Source: Candidatus Thorarchaeota archaeon
Lineage (GTDB): Archaea > Asgardarchaeota > Heimdallarchaeia > Hodarchaeales > Hodarchaeaceae
Direction: 5' to 3'
Assembly: GCA_048882505.1 (NCBI GenBank)
Contig: JBHLRO010000011.1
Location: forward strand, 29,885 to 53,884
Length of the DNA: 24,000 nucleotides
Shown piece by piece: positions 23,229 through 24,000 of this stretch. The translations under genes and the position numbers were made by a program. The notes beneath the pieces were generated by a model. It was not told the origin of the DNA, ran no database searches, and worked only from the letters and a program-made list of their open reading frames with translations. Positions within the stretch are counted from its first letter, which is position 1; each line of letters starts with the position of its first letter.

Positions 23229-23372
23229 CGTGAACCCTCTCGTGGTTCATGAGTTACGAAAAATCGGTTTATTACTTTAACCACACTAGTAATACAAATC
23301 CAGGGGGCGAAACCACTTTGATAGGAGCAGGTGAATTAGCAGTTTTATAAATGTAAAAATTGATATTGAGTT

Positions 23373-23828
23373 ATGGCATTGAGGGTGCGCATCGGGATTA
23401 TCTTCCTTACTCTTGCCCTTCTTATTGGAGGATCACCCTATCCACTGGCAGGCGCCTTATCGGGGTCATATTCTACTACTCTCTTGCAAGGTACCGATCA
23501 TGAATTTGAAATGACATTCACCTGGGAGATTGATCATACCTTCTGGATGGGCGGGGATACGTATGATGTGCGTTTAGGACGGTACATGAAAAATATCGGG
23601 GGAAACAGCTTTCAGGGAACCTATGCCTTTTATTTAGGGGTGGAGAATATTACCGCCTTCTCCATGTTTATGGGAGGGTCAGTAATCGCAACAGAGCCCT
23701 CAATTATTACCAAACCTCTAACGCTTGGAAAAAAAGAATCAAATTTCTATCTAGAAACCTTCTTGCGTATTAAACTTGAGGTAAATGATGATGTGTATGG
23801 GATTTACCATGAGACGGAGGCTCATTGA
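23373..23828 (+). CDS. Small secreted/membrane-anchored hypothetical protein
   Basis: 151-aa ORF with an N-terminal hydrophobic signal (IGIIFLTLALLIGGSPYPLAGA) and a beta-rich-looking remainder. I recognise no motifs. Confidence 0.5.
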   Translation: MALRVRIGIIFLTLALLIGGSPYPLAGALSGSYSTTLLQGTDHEFEMTFTWEIDHTFWMGGDTYDVRLGRYMKNIGGNSFQGTYAFYLGVENITAFSMFMGGSVIATEPSIITKPLTLGKKESNFYLETFLRIKLEVNDDVYGIYHETEAH

Positions 23829-23853
23829 GTATGGCTGATCGGAGGAAAGGTGA

Positions 23854-24000
23854 TTGAAACAAAAACTAGGGATCACTGGATTGGTTCTCTTAGGCATTAT
23901 GGTCGTGATATTCGCGAATCAGGCAGTACTAGCCTCAGTTCATCGCGAAGAGGAACATAAAATTGTCATCACAGCGATGACGGGCACCCAGTATGATAAG
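23854..24000 (+). CDS. 5' end of a hypothetical membrane-anchored protein (runs off the window)
   Basis: A TTG at 23854 is preceded by GGAGG (23841-23845). The frame is open to nt 24000 and encodes LKQKLGITGLVLLGIMVVIFANQAVLASV.. (signal-anchor-like). It is too short to appear in the ORF track. Confidence 0.3.
   Translation, partial: MKQKLGITGLVLLGIMVVIFANQAVLASVHREEEHKIVITAMTGTQYDK

Overview
This 24-kb window reads as a chromosomal segment of an Asgard-type archaeon, and it is almost fully coding. All calls come from reading the translations and hand-folding; no searches were run. Archaeal informational genes sit next to a dense block of eukaryotic-signature genes: ribosomal protein uS2, RNA polymerase subunit N/Rpb10, an intron-containing tRNA-Gln(CUG), RadA, TFB and a PAC2-type proteasome chaperone. 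The core (about 3.5-14.5 kb) is a ubiquitin + ESCRT supercluster. It contains a ubiquitin-like protein ending in a free Gly-Gly, an E1-like activating enzyme, a Cys-less UEV/Vps23(TSG101)-like protein and a Vps28-like protein. It also contains an EAP30 (Vps22/36)-like protein, two Snf7-family ESCRT-III paralogs (Vps20/32/60-type and Vps2/24/46-type), Vps4 (MIT + AAA) and a Vps25-like protein. Interleaved with these are a Rab/Ras-like GTPase with a long roadblock/longin-like N-terminal domain, a Zn-ribbon/Yip1-like membrane protein, and an uncharacterised 448-aa protein. That 448-aa protein combines a cross-brace Zn finger, a coiled coil, a PH/GLUE-like domain and a steadiness-box-like tail. 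The 5' end carries a truncated Arf-like GTPase, a KaiC-like ATPase and a BNR/Asp-box surface protein. The 3' end (20.2-24 kb) looks accessory. It has a twice-repeated double-hairpin/oligo-T module flanking a membrane-protein gene, an HNH endonuclease remnant with an in-frame TGA, and a 408-aa protein carrying a second copy of the same C4C4 Zn-finger architecture. A C-rich compositional island covers radA-PAC2-tfb and ends abruptly inside the 3' end of tfb. I saw no rRNA, CRISPR array or intact mobile element.
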